NCBI GenBank assembly: GCA_050247235.1
Contig: JBFWUN010000001.1
Span: forward strand, 103,630 to 167,629
DNA length: 64,000 bases
Direction: 5' to 3'
DNA from: Gammaproteobacteria bacterium
Lineage (GTDB): Bacteria; Pseudomonadota; Gammaproteobacteria; Ga0077536
The notes below the pieces were generated by a model, which did no database searches, was not told the DNA's origin, and saw only the letters and a list, made by a program, of their open reading frames with translations. The position numbers and the translations under genes are program-made. Shown piece after piece: positions 1 through 11,502 of this stretch; the first letter of the stretch is position 1, and every line of letters begins with the position of its first letter.

Positions 1-5
1 CGCGC

Positions 6-755
6 ATGGAAGCGGCGCTGCGGCACGAACAGGCGTGGCTGGTCGGGGAGGAGTCGGGGCGTGCGGGTGACACGTGGCCCGCGCGGCGCATCGGGTCGCC
101 AGCTGTCGGCACTGCCGCCGCGAGTGCGCCGCGCGACGGTGTGACGATGACCGAGTTGCTCGTGGCGCTGACGTCCGCGCGCGCATCGCTCGCGTCAGGG
201 CAGCCGCGCGACGCCATACCCCTGCTGCGCAGCTGGCTGACTTTCACGCGCGATCGACGCTGCCACCGCGCGGCGACCCGTTGCGGTGCGCTGCTCACCC
301 GCGTGCTGCTCGCGGCGGGCGACCGCCGAAGCGCGCTGCGCACGCTGACCGATGCGCTGGCGCTCGCCGCGCCCGGCGGCTTCATCCGCACGTTCGTTGA
401 CGAAGGCCCCGAAGTCGCGGCGCTCGTCGCCGAAATCGCTGAACAATGCGCCCACCCGCCGGCGAACACGCACGCGACACTCGTGCGTCGGGCGTTCGAG
501 AATCCCGATGACAGTACTTCGGTGCCCGGCATCCCGGACTCCGCGCATCCGGACGCGCAGGACGTCCTCACGACGCGCGAGATCCAGATCCTGGAACTCG
601 GTGCGCGGGGGATGCAGAACGCCGACATCGCGCAGGCCACCTTCCTGGCCCAGAGCACCGTGAAATGGTACTGGCAGCGGATCTTCGAGAAACTGGCAGT
701 CAGGCGGCGCCCGGACGCCATTCGCCGCGCCCGCGAGAACCACTGGATCCGATGA
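6..755 (+). CDS. MalT-like LuxR-family transcriptional regulator, C-terminal part (probably 5'-truncated by the window edge)
   Basis: C-terminal LuxR HTH (LTTREIQILEL...NADIAQATFLAQSTVKWY...IFEKL) preceded by a MalT-type 'ALALAAPGGFIRTFVDEG' segment. Confidence 0.85.
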   Translation: MEAALRHEQAWLVGEESGRAGDTWPARRIGSPAVGTAAASAPRDGVTMTELLVALTSARASLASGQPRDAIPLLRSWLTFTRDRRCHRAATRCGALLTRVLLAAGDRRSALRTLTDALALAAPGGFIRTFVDEGPEVAALVAEIAEQCAHPPANTHATLVRRAFENPDDSTSVPGIPDSAHPDAQDVLTTREIQILELGARGMQNADIAQATFLAQSTVKWYWQRIFEKLAVRRRPDAIRRARENHWIR

Positions 756-783
756 AGTCACCGCGCCTGCTGGCGACAGCCGG

Positions 784-1869
784 TTACGACGTGGCCGCGC
801 GCTCCGCTTCCGCGTCGAGTGCCTTGTCCAGGATCCACAGCATGCGGCGCGGACCCGCGTCGTGCACGATGTCGATCGTCTGGAAGTCCGGCTTCTCCCG
901 GTACCGCACGTATTGCGCCTCGAGCACGTGGCGATCTTCGGTGAAGGCGTCGTCGAGGTTGTCGCGCAGCAGTTCCGACAGTCCCGAAAACTCGCTTTGC
1001 CGGGAGGCTCCCCAGGAGTAGTAGTAGTCCACGGTATCCGCGTCTCTCGGCGTCACGGCCTGGCACGTCCAGGTGTCGGCGACGAGCGAGCCCGCCGGCG
1101 GGCCGTCGTCTCCGCCGTCGGGCGTGTACACCCGGAAATGCAGGACCCAGGTGCACGGCAGCGTGTGCGTGATATCGAACTCGAGGTCGAAGCGGGCATC
1201 GTCGGGAAACAGGTGCTGGAGAAAGGAACTGATCGGCACGCCACGCACGACGTAGTACGTGTGCAGCGCGTGCCCCTGCACCGTGAAGCGCGGCCTGATG
1301 GCGGTGTAGCGCGCGCGGGTCAGCGCGTCATGGGCACCCAGCGTATCCCGGTGCACCCACGCGAGATGCGTGAGGTCGGCGAGGTTCGCGATCTCGAGGC
1401 GGTAGCTGGCCTGCACCTCCATGTGCGACGTCTTGACGTTCCAGCCCGGGTCGCCTGGACCGATCGCGTGCGGGATGAGCGCCGGATCAGCCTTGTCGAT
1501 GTCGCCCATCCACACCCATACCCAGTTGTCCTGCTCGATGACCGGGAATGCCCGCACGCACGCACGCGGGGGAATCACCTGCTGTCCGGGGATCTCGTTG
1601 CACCGGCCATCGGGCCCGAAGCGCAAGCCATGGTAGAGGCAGCGCACGTGCTCGCCTTCCTTCTGGCCGAGCGACAGCGCGGCCTGCCGGTGCACACAGC
1701 GGTCTTCGAGCGCCACGATCCTGCCCGCCGGCGTGCGGTACAGCACCAGGCGCTCGCCGGCAATCCTGCGCGCGACCAGGGCGCCTCGTGCCTGGCCGGC
1801 GCCCTTGCGCTGACCCTGCGTGAACATGTAGTCCCAACCGGCGTTGTACCAGGCATTCCTGACGAACAT
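784..1869 (-). CDS. Rieske non-heme iron oxygenase alpha subunit (VanA-like)
   Basis: MFVRNAWY start; Rieske ligands DRCVHR and CLYHG; mononuclear Fe motif NLADLTHLAWVH. Confidence 0.9.
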   Translation of the reverse strand: MFVRNAWYNAGWDYMFTQGQRKGAGQARGALVARRIAGERLVLYRTPAGRIVALEDRCVHRQAALSLGQKEGEHVRCLYHGLRFGPDGRCNEIPGQQVIPPRACVRAFPVIEQDNWVWVWMGDIDKADPALIPHAIGPGDPGWNVKTSHMEVQASYRLEIANLADLTHLAWVHRDTLGAHDALTRARYTAIRPRFTVQGHALHTYYVVRGVPISSFLQHLFPDDARFDLEFDITHTLPCTWVLHFRVYTPDGGDDGPPAGSLVADTWTCQAVTPRDADTVDYYYSWGASRQSEFSGLSELLRDNLDDAFTEDRHVLEAQYVRYREKPDFQTIDIVHDAGPRRMLWILDKALDAEAERAATS

Positions 1870-2087
1870 GTGCATCCCCCTGAGATCCAGGCAGGGCAGC
1901 GTAGCGTCCCTCCGCGCGACGGGCACCCGCCTTTTGGGAGGGTCACCTGATCGGCACACGGGTGTCATGGACATCCCCAATCCCTGCACTGTCGCCGGAG
2001 CGATCTGCAGGACTGCACGTTCCGACCGCCGCACGGTCGCGCTACGCTGGACGCCATCCGCAATCGTTCGAGTGAACTGGAGGCCGT

Positions 2088-2894
2088 ATGCCGCTCGCGC
2101 TGTACACGCACCCGATGTCCCCCTGCGCACAGAAGGTCCGCATCGTGCTCAGCGAAAAATCGCTCACGTGGGAAGCACGGCACGTCGACCTCGCCGGCAA
2201 GGCCAACCTGTCGGCGGACTACCTGAAGCTCAATCCCCTCGGCGTCGTGCCGACCCTGGTGGATGACGGGCATCCCATCATCGAGTCGTCGATCATCTGC
2301 GAGTACCTCGAGGATCGCTTCCCCACGCCCCCGCTGCGTCCCGCATCCCCGGTGGCCGTCGCCGCGATGCGCCTGTGGATGAAGCACGTGGACAACAAGC
2401 TGCATCCGTCCTGCGGCGCGCTGCAGTGGCCACTGGTGATGGCGGACAAGCTTCGGCTGCTTCCCGCCGTCGAACAGGATCGGCTGCTGGACCAGGTGCC
2501 GGAGAAACCGCGGCGCGAACGTCAGCGCCGCCTGCTGCGAATGGGTTACGACGCGCCGGATGTCGCGGACGGCGTGCAGGTATACGAGCAGACCATCGCC
2601 GACCTGGAGTTGCTGCTCGCCACCCAGCCCTGGATCGCGGGGGATGCGTTCTCGCTGGCCGACGCCTCCGTTGCGCCGTACTTCCAGACGCTCCACCAGT
2701 TCGGATGGGAGGCCTGGTACGAATCCCGTCCCAATGTCGCTGACTGGTATAGACGGGTGCGCGCCCGCCGGTCCTACCAGGAAGGCGTGGCAGCGGATTT
2801 CTCGGCGGAAAAGCTCGCCGACCTCCGCGAACGCGGGCGCGACGCGTGGCAGAAGATCATGGTCCTGAAGGATCCCGCGCGCGGGGCGGCCTGA
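2088..2894 (+). CDS. Glutathione S-transferase family protein
   Basis: SPCAQKVR, LNPLGVVPTL, IESSIICEYL, FSLAD motifs. Confidence 0.9.
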   Translation: MPLALYTHPMSPCAQKVRIVLSEKSLTWEARHVDLAGKANLSADYLKLNPLGVVPTLVDDGHPIIESSIICEYLEDRFPTPPLRPASPVAVAAMRLWMKHVDNKLHPSCGALQWPLVMADKLRLLPAVEQDRLLDQVPEKPRRERQRRLLRMGYDAPDVADGVQVYEQTIADLELLLATQPWIAGDAFSLADASVAPYFQTLHQFGWEAWYESRPNVADWYRRVRARRSYQEGVAADFSAEKLADLRERGRDAWQKIMVLKDPARGAA

Positions 2895-2966
2895 TTCGCG
2901 CGCCGGGCGGCGATCGCATCACGCGTCCGCGTCCCGGCGGCCGCTGCCCGGCGAGCGACCCGTCAC

Positions 2967-4574
2967 TCAGCGGATTTCGAATCCCCGGTAACCACTCGCG
3001 GTCACCTCGGCGAAGGTGTCGTGGAACGACGGCACGCTGCCCGCCCACAGCAGGAAACGCTTCTCCGCCTTGTTCTCCGGGTTGTTGTTGCCGAAGAACC
3101 AGGAGTCGCGCATGTCGTCGATGATGAGCCCCTTGACTGAGTCGTAGCAGAACTGCGTCCACGCGCCTTCCGCGTCCAACGTCGGCTGGATCGATCGATG
3201 TCCTCCGCTGCGCACGTGGTCGATACAGTCGACGATCCACTCCACCGCCGTCTCCGCGCAGCGCGTCGCGTTGCAGAACACCGCGGGATGGTGCGGTCCG
3301 CTGGTGACGAAGAAATTGGGGAAACCCGCGATCTGAACGCCCATGTTCGTCCGCGGACCGTCAGACCACTTCTCGCGCAACGTCAGCCCTTTCTCCCCCC
3401 GGATGTCCATCCGCAGCAGCGCGCCGGTGAGACTCTGGAAGCCCGTGCCGTAGATGAGAACGTCGAGATCATAGGCCTGCGCGGTGGTGTCCACGCCGCG
3501 TGGCGTGATGCGGGTGACCGGCGTGGCGCGCAGGTCCACGAGTTCCACGTTGTCCCGGTTGAAGGTCTCGTAGTAGTTCGTCTCGCCCGGCGGACGCTTG
3601 GTCCCGAACGGATGGTTTTTCGGAATCAGCTTCTCCGCGACCACCGGATCCTTCACGCGCTGGCGGATCTTGGCCGCGAGGAACTCGCTCACTTCCTCCG
3701 CAAACGCGCGGTTGGTGAACATGTCGTTGTAGTTCGCGAACCACAGGGCGAATCCACCGCGGTCATAGAGTTCCTGGTACTTCGCGAAGCGCGCTTCCTT
3801 CGAAGGCTCATCGGTGCTGGCATGCGGATCCATATCGTGGATGAATCCGGCGAACGTGCGTTTGCACAGTGCGACAATTTCATCAGCCTTGGATGCGAGT
3901 TCGCGCTGCTCGTCGGGCGTCAGGCGGCGGTTGCGCAGCGGCGTGCACCAGTTGGCCGTGCGCTGGAACACGGTCAGGTGGCCCGCATCGGGCGCGATCG
4001 TCTGGATGATCTGGACCGCCGTCGGACCGCTGCCGATGATGCCGACGCGTTTGCCGCGGACATCCACCCCTTCCTTCGGCCAGCGGGCCGAATGTACCGT
4101 GAGCCCGGCGAACTCGCCTTCCCCTGCATAGTCCGGCGGCTGCGGGGCAGACAGGAAACCGGTGGCGGCCACGACGAACTGCGCGCGTGCCCGCCGCCCA
4201 CCGGCGATGGTGAGCTCCCAGCAGCCATCGTGCTCGTCGTAGCGCAGCTGCTCCACGCGCGAATCGAATTCGTACTCGCGGCGCAGGTCGAACCGATCCG
4301 CCACGAAATTGAGGTACCGCTCGATCTCGGGCTGGGCCGCGAACGCCTCGCTCCACTGCCATTCGTCGAACAGCGCCTTGGAGAATGAGTACTGGTACGA
4401 ATAGCTCTCCGAATCGAACCGCGCGCCGGGATAGCGGTTCCAGTACCACGTGCCACCGACACCCGAGGCTGCGTCGAAGCCGCGTACGGACAGGCCGCGT
4501 TCGCGCAGGCGATAGACCGCGTACAGGCCGGAGATGCCGGCGCCGATGACGATCGCGTCGAAGGTTTCGGTCAT
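2967..4574 (-). CDS. Type I Baeyer-Villiger monooxygenase
   Basis: GAGISG, GGTWYWNRYPGARFDSES, BVMO fingerprint FAGLTVHSARWP, second Rossmann motif GSGPTA. Confidence 0.92.
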   Translation of the reverse strand: MTETFDAIVIGAGISGLYAVYRLRERGLSVRGFDAASGVGGTWYWNRYPGARFDSESYSYQYSFSKALFDEWQWSEAFAAQPEIERYLNFVADRFDLRREYEFDSRVEQLRYDEHDGCWELTIAGGRRARAQFVVAATGFLSAPQPPDYAGEGEFAGLTVHSARWPKEGVDVRGKRVGIIGSGPTAVQIIQTIAPDAGHLTVFQRTANWCTPLRNRRLTPDEQRELASKADEIVALCKRTFAGFIHDMDPHASTDEPSKEARFAKYQELYDRGGFALWFANYNDMFTNRAFAEEVSEFLAAKIRQRVKDPVVAEKLIPKNHPFGTKRPPGETNYYETFNRDNVELVDLRATPVTRITPRGVDTTAQAYDLDVLIYGTGFQSLTGALLRMDIRGEKGLTLREKWSDGPRTNMGVQIAGFPNFFVTSGPHHPAVFCNATRCAETAVEWIVDCIDHVRSGGHRSIQPTLDAEGAWTQFCYDSVKGLIIDDMRDSWFFGNNNPENKAEKRFLLWAGSVPSFHDTFAEVTASGYRGFEIR

Positions 4575-4882
4575 GGAAGAGGGGCCTCCGGGAGAATCGG
4601 GTGTGGGGTGCACACTAACCACGAATCCGCGCACGCTGGCAAGGGTTCGGGCGCCAGCGCACGGCGTGGCGGGCCCGGATTCGGAAGGTTCCTATTCATT
4701 TCCGTGCCGCGGCCGCGCAGCCCGCCACGCCGGCCAGGCGCCTCACGACGGGCAATCCGGGGAGATCGCGCTACACTGCGTGACCCGCGCCACGCGCAGA
4801 CTGGCGCCAGGATGCTGCCGCGTGGCGGCCTCCCGCACCGTCGCGCAGCGCCTGTCATCGATGCCGCGAGTCGACCAGCACC

Positions 4883-6154
4883 GTGCAACATTCCCGTCGG
4901 CTCAAGAACATCCTCGGCGCCTCGGCCGGCAATTTCGTCGAATGGTTCGACTGGTTCGCCTACGCATCGTTCGCGTTGTACTTTTCACGTGCATTCTTTC
5001 CAGCCGGTGACCAGACCGCGCAACTGATGTACAGCGCGTTCGTGTTCGCGGGCGGCTTTCTCGTCCGTCCGATCGGCGCGCTCCTGTTCGGGACCTACGC
5101 GGACCGGGCCGGACGCCGCGCCGCGCTCACCCTCTCCGTGGCGCTCATGTGCGGCGGCGCGCTGCTGATCGCGGTGACGCCGACCGGGCTGGGCGCAGTG
5201 TCCCCGGCCTTGCTGATCCTCGCGCGGCTGATGCAGGGCCTCGCCGTGGGCGGCGAGTACGGCGCGTCCGCCACGTACGTCAGCGAGATGGCGACGCGCG
5301 AACGGCGCGGATTCTGGTCCGGCTTCCTGTACATCTCGCTGATCGGGGGACAGCTGGCAGCGATGAGCCTGCAGGTGCTCCTGCAGCGCCTGCTCAGCGA
5401 GGAAGCGCTGTATGCGTGGGGCTGGCGCATTCCGTTCGCGCTGGGCGCCGCGCTGGCCGTGGTCGTGTTCTGGATTCGTCGCAACATCGAGGAGACGTCG
5501 CACTTCACCCACGAACGCTCGGCACCCGAGTCGCGGGGGCGCGCGCTGACGCTGTTCGCGGCGTATCCCCGCGAGACGGCCATCGTCTTCACCTTGACCG
5601 CCGGTGGTGCCGTGGGCTTCTACACGTACGCCATCTACATGCAGAAGTTGCTGGTCAACAGCGCGGGGATGAGCAGGAGTGTCGCCGCCGAGGTGATGAC
5701 CGCGGTGCTCGCCACGATGATCTTCTTCCCGCCGCTCGTCGGGTGGCTCGCCGACAAGGTGGGGCACAAGCGGACCATGCTCGCCGGCTTCGGCGCGAGT
5801 GCGCTCTGCGCGGTGCCGACCCTGCACGCGCTGCGCGTCGTGCAGGATCCGCTGACGGCGTACCTGCTGTGCGTCGCGGTGCTGTTCCTGCTGTCCGGCT
5901 ACTACGCGCTCAGCGCGATACTCAAGGCCGAGCTCTATCCCACGCACATCCGCGGACTGGGCGTGTCGCTGCCGTATGCGATCGCGCTCGCGCTGTTCGG
6001 CGGCAACGCGGAAAGCGCGGCGCTCTACCTGAAGCACATCGGGCAGGAGACCACCTACTACTGGGGTGTCGCGGTGCTGTTTGCGCTTGCCTTCGTCGCG
6101 GCGACGCTGATGCCGGATCCCCAGCGGCACGGACACCTCGGGGACCGGCGATAG
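4883..6154 (+). CDS. MFS metabolite:H+ symporter (KgtP/MHS family)
   Basis: GNFVEWFDW, DRAGRR, GGEYG, WGWRIPF, ELYPTHIR; multiple hydrophobic segments. Confidence 0.9.
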   Translation: MQHSRRLKNILGASAGNFVEWFDWFAYASFALYFSRAFFPAGDQTAQLMYSAFVFAGGFLVRPIGALLFGTYADRAGRRAALTLSVALMCGGALLIAVTPTGLGAVSPALLILARLMQGLAVGGEYGASATYVSEMATRERRGFWSGFLYISLIGGQLAAMSLQVLLQRLLSEEALYAWGWRIPFALGAALAVVVFWIRRNIEETSHFTHERSAPESRGRALTLFAAYPRETAIVFTLTAGGAVGFYTYAIYMQKLLVNSAGMSRSVAAEVMTAVLATMIFFPPLVGWLADKVGHKRTMLAGFGASALCAVPTLHALRVVQDPLTAYLLCVAVLFLLSGYYALSAILKAELYPTHIRGLGVSLPYAIALALFGGNAESAALYLKHIGQETTYYWGVAVLFALAFVAATLMPDPQRHGHLGDRR

Positions 6155-6245
6155 CCATGCGTCAATGCGGGGTTGTCGACGGCTTCGGGGGCGGCTGCGG
6201 GCAGATCCCCGCTGCCGCCGCAGACTCCGGCACGACCGTTCAGCG

Positions 6246-7025
6246 CTATGTCCTCCCGGGGATGCGTGCGCCCAGTACCAGCTGCCGCTCCCACAGGTCG
6301 TTCAGGATGTCGCGCCCGAAGGCCGCGAGCCGGGCGGGTTGCGGATGCGCGAGTTCCAGCGCGATCTGCTGCACGAGCTCGGCGCCGCGGCGGCGCGCGT
6401 CGTTGTACAGCATCAGTTCGACCAGCCGCGCGGTCACCGGGGTCAGCTCGACGAACGCCACCCTGTCCTCGTCGTCGCGGTAGACAACGAGGTAGGTCGG
6501 GTTCTCCGGGGGAATATCCGGGAGGTGATCGGGTGAGATGCGCTGCACCGGGTAGCGGTACACGTGCGCGCGTGCCAGCGGGTTGAGTACCGGTACGTCC
6601 TCAAAGGGATCCGCGTCCGTGTCCACGTGGACGTCGTCTATCTCGCGCGTGTCGTAGCTGACTTCGAGCTCCAGCGCCTCGTAATGCGCGAGCTCGCGCG
6701 CGAAGTGGGGCAGTTCCGTCGCGATCGCGTCTTCCTGCAGGAAGCGGACAAACTCACCGGACAGCCGGGTGAAGAGCGGCGTATGGGCCCGGTGCCGCGC
6801 GAGAAACGCGCGCACCGTCCGTGCCCACGCGGCATCCGGCAATACCGCGCGCAGCACCGGGAAGCAGCTCGCGAGCAGCGCATCGAGATTCCGCCGCACG
6901 AGGTCTGCATACAGCGCCATCCTGGCAGGCGCCACGTCGCCGGGAGGCGCGGTCCGCGCCGGGTCGCGGACGTGGGCGGTGAACACCGCCTGCACATCGC
7001 GGAAACCGGCCACGCGGACGCTCAC
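6246..7025 (-). CDS. DUF2063 / HvfC-like RiPP maturation partner
   Basis: Q..FTAHVRDP...RMALY..LV..N, FPVL, ELAHYE motifs; GTG start overlaps the DUF692 stop. Confidence 0.8.
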   Translation of the reverse strand: MSVRVAGFRDVQAVFTAHVRDPARTAPPGDVAPARMALYADLVRRNLDALLASCFPVLRAVLPDAAWARTVRAFLARHRAHTPLFTRLSGEFVRFLQEDAIATELPHFARELAHYEALELEVSYDTREIDDVHVDTDADPFEDVPVLNPLARAHVYRYPVQRISPDHLPDIPPENPTYLVVYRDDEDRVAFVELTPVTARLVELMLYNDARRRGAELVQQIALELAHPQPARLAAFGRDILNDLWERQLVLGARIPGRT

Positions 7026-7849
7026 GCCGCCACGCGGGCGGCGGCACGCTGGGTGGCGCCGATGCGCGTCATCTCGTCCACGAGTACCGCGAACGGCGGC
7101 AGGTTGGCGTCCCGCTCGAGCACGGTCGGAATCGCGCCAAAACGGGTGTACGCAGCTTCGAGCAGCGACCACACCGGCGCGACGACGTCCGCGCCGTGGG
7201 TATCGATCACGAGATCGGGTGCTTCCTGGTGGTGTCCGGCCACGTGGGCGTAGACGATGCGTTCACGCGGCATCCGCGCGAGGAACGCCACGGGATCGTA
7301 GCCGTGGTTGAGGCCGTTGACGTACACGTTGTTCACGTCGAGCAGGAGATCGCAATCGGCCTCCTCCAGGACGGTGCCGATGAAGTCCGCCTCCGACATC
7401 TCGGCGCCGGGCGCGCAGTAATAGGACACATTCTCCAGCGCGATCCGGCGGCCCAGGAAGTCCTGCACGCGCCGCACCCGCGCAGCCACGTGCCGGGCGG
7501 CGTCCAGGGTGAACGGGATGGGCATCAGCTCGTACAGGTGACCGTCGTCTGCACAGAAGCTCAGGTGTTCGCTGTAGATCCGGGCCTCGTGGACTTCGAG
7601 GAACGTCTTGAGCCTCGTCAGGAAGGTCTCGTCGAGGGCCGCCGTGCCCCCGATGTTCAGGGACAGCCCGTGGCATACCACCGGCACCTGTTCGGTGACC
7701 GCACGCAACGCGCGACCGAGGGCTCCGCCCAGGTCGAGCCAGTTCTCCGGCGCGATCTCGACGAAGTCGATCGCCGCCGGGAACTCGTCCTCCAGCGCGC
7801 GCAGATGCGCGCGCCGGAGTCCGAGACCCTGGCCGTGGATGGCGCTCAC
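7022..7849 (-). CDS. DUF692 multinuclear non-heme iron oxidase (MNIO, HvfB/BufB-like)
   Basis: GLGLRR, EIAPENW, HGLSL, YSEHLS, ALENVSYY, LLLDVNNVYVN, HVAGH, IDTHG, LERD. Confidence 0.93.
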   Translation of the reverse strand: MSAIHGQGLGLRRAHLRALEDEFPAAIDFVEIAPENWLDLGGALGRALRAVTEQVPVVCHGLSLNIGGTAALDETFLTRLKTFLEVHEARIYSEHLSFCADDGHLYELMPIPFTLDAARHVAARVRRVQDFLGRRIALENVSYYCAPGAEMSEADFIGTVLEEADCDLLLDVNNVYVNGLNHGYDPVAFLARMPRERIVYAHVAGHHQEAPDLVIDTHGADVVAPVWSLLEAAYTRFGAIPTVLERDANLPPFAVLVDEMTRIGATQRAAARVAA

Positions 7850-7889
7850 GCGACGGCAGGCCGCGGGTTCGCGCAGCGGGCCGTGCGCG

Positions 7890-8117
7890 TCAGCCGCCGC
7901 ACTTGCCTTCGGCGCCCTTCTCACCGCCGCATTTGCCCTCGGCGCCCTTCTCGCCGCCGCATTTGCCTTCGTCGCCGGCAACCATGTAACCAGCCTCGAA
8001 CTGCGTCACGCCAAACGGGTTCTCCGCGGCGCCGACCACGGGCGCTGCCGCGAGTGATACCGCAAACGTGGCGCCAACCGCCGCTGCCAGGGACTTGAAT
8101 TCGGGATTCTTTGCCAT
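7890..8117 (-). CDS. HvfA-like RiPP precursor with signal peptide and 3x EGKCG repeats
   Basis: 75 aa; Sec-type leader, AENPF, then DEGKCGG-EKGAEGKCGG-EKGAEGKCGG; directly upstream of the MNIO. Confidence 0.88.
   Translation of the reverse strand: MAKNPEFKSLAAAVGATFAVSLAAAPVVGAAENPFGVTQFEAGYMVAGDEGKCGGEKGAEGKCGGEKGAEGKCGG
7893..7970 (-). repeat. 30-nt tandem repeat encoding EKGAEGKCGG units
   Basis: Near-identical ccgccgcaYttgccYtcggcgcccttctc units visible on + strand. Confidence 0.85.
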
Positions 8118-8377
8118 GCTGATTCTCCAGTGGATGGAAGGAACACCGGACGGGTGCGAGGCTTCCCGCCGCGCGGGTCCGTCGGAGCCACGCAGCATAT
8201 ACGGTCATCGCGTCGGAAGGGACCCGACGCGATGACCCGGGGGAAGTTCCCACGCATTGGCCGGTCGGACCGCAGCATCCGGAATCCGGGTTGAACCACG
8301 GGTGAACGACGCGTGTCGCTGCCGGGCTGCGCGCACGGCCTGCCGCGTGCGCGCCAGGTGGTGGCCTCTGCGCCGGC

Positions 8378-9880
<1,503 letters not shown>

Positions 9881-9935
9881 GTTGCGTGTGCCGCCGCGCG
9901 TATCGGGATTGTTGCCGGGGATCGGCGTTGTGCCG

Positions 9936-11031
9936 TCAGAGGCCCTGCTTGAGGCTCGCCTCGAGGAAGGGATCGAGCGCGCCGTCCAGCACGGCCTGGG
10001 TGTTGCCGGTCTCCACATCGGTCCGCAGGTCCTTGATGCGCGACTGGTCCAGCACGTAGGAGCGGATCTGGTGACCCCAGCCGATATCGGATTTCGCATC
10101 CTCGGCTGCCTGCTTCTCGGCATTTCGCTTCAGCATTTCCAGCTCGTACAGCTTGGCGCGCAGCAGCTTGAACGCCTGGTCCCGGTTCTTGTGCTGCGAA
10201 CGTTCGTTCTGGCATTGCACCACCGTGTTGGTCGGCAGGTGCGTGATACGCACCGCCGAGTCCGTCTTGTTGACGTGCTGGCCACCTGCACCGCTCGCGC
10301 GGTAGGTGTCGATGCGCAGGTCCGCCTGGTTGATCTCGATCTCGATGTCATCGTCGATCTCGGGCGACACGAACACCGCGGCGAACGACGTGTGCCGGCG
10401 ATTGCCCGAGTCGAACGGTGACTTGCGCACCAGGCGGTGCACCCCGGTCTCGGTGCGCAACCACCCGAACGCGTAGTCGCCCACCACGTGCACCGTCGCG
10501 CTCTTGATGCCGGCGACTTCGCCCGCCGAGCATTCGATCAGTTCGCACTTGAAACCCTTTGCTTCGCCCCAGCGCAGGTACATCCTGAGCAGCATCTCCG
10601 CCCAGTCCTGTGCCTCGGTCCCGCCGGAGCCCGCCTGGATGTCCACGAACGCGCTGGCCGAATCCATCTCGCCGCTGAACATGCGCTGGAACTCGAGCTC
10701 GGCGAGTCCGCGGTCCGCGCGATCGAGATCCGCGATCACGGCCGCGGCGGCCTGCTCGTCGTCCTCTTCCGCGGCGAGTTCGAGCAGTTCACGCGCATCG
10801 CCGATCCGGCCGCCGATGTCCCGCAGGGTGCCGACGATCCGGTCGAGCGTCACGCGCTCCCGGCCGAGCGCCTGCGCGCGCGCCGGGTCATCCCAGACGT
10901 TTGGCGCTTCGAGTTCGCGCTGGACTTCGATCAGGCGATCGGCACGGGTATCGTAGTCAAAGATACCCCCTAAGCGCCTCGTAACGGCGCTGGAGGTCCT
11001 TGATTCGCTGCAGGGTACCGGTGACTTCCAT
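9936..11031 (-). CDS. prfB: Peptide chain release factor 2 (programmed +1 frameshift)
   Basis: SPF and GGQ motifs; short frame [24 protein letters not shown] ends at CTT TGA C and continues +1 as DYD... Confidence 0.97.
10956..10971 (-). promoter_or_regulatory. prfB +1 frameshift site with internal Shine-Dalgarno
   Basis: Minus strand reads AGGGGG TAT CTT TGA C, the canonical RF2 autoregulatory signal. Confidence 0.95.
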
Positions 11032-11126
11032 CGGGAGAACTCGTCTGCGTGGGGGAAATCACGGGATTGTAACGGCACCACGCGGTGCGGCGGAACCTGT
11101 CGCCAGACCACATGGCGGGGATTCGT

Positions 11127-11399
11127 TCAGCGCAGCTGGCTGTCCTTGCTGCCGCGACGGTTGATGGGGTCGCGAAACCGCGCGTCGGCGTCCGCGCGTT
11201 CCTGGCACTGCACGCAGCGGCGCACTCCGGGGACCGCGACCCGCCGGGCCTCGGGGATCTCCGCCTCGCAGTCCTCGCAGTGCGTGCGCCCGCTGCCCGG
11301 CGCCTGTGCGAGCTGCGCCCGCGCGCGCTGGACCGCGTCGGCGATGCTCGCGTCGATCTGCTCCTGGACGGCGCCGTCTTTCGCCCAACCGGTGGCCAT
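11127..11399 (-). CDS. DksA/TraR family C4 zinc-finger protein (YbiI-like)
   Basis: MATGWAKDGAVQEQID...CEDC...IPEARR...CVQCQ...NRRGSKDSQLR. Confidence 0.92.
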   Translation of the reverse strand: MATGWAKDGAVQEQIDASIADAVQRARAQLAQAPGSGRTHCEDCEAEIPEARRVAVPGVRRCVQCQERADADARFRDPINRRGSKDSQLR

Positions 11400-11502
11400 G
11401 GATGCTGCGGAAACTCGCTGACGGAAACTCTGTTCCTATATAGGGGCGCCGTGCCGGAATTGCCAGCGGCAGGAATACCGCGGACCCGCCCGGCGTGCAT
11501 CC

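Noticed and set aside
7893-7970. Tandem repeats as a CRISPR array
   Set aside because: Contiguous coding repeats with no spacers and no cas genes
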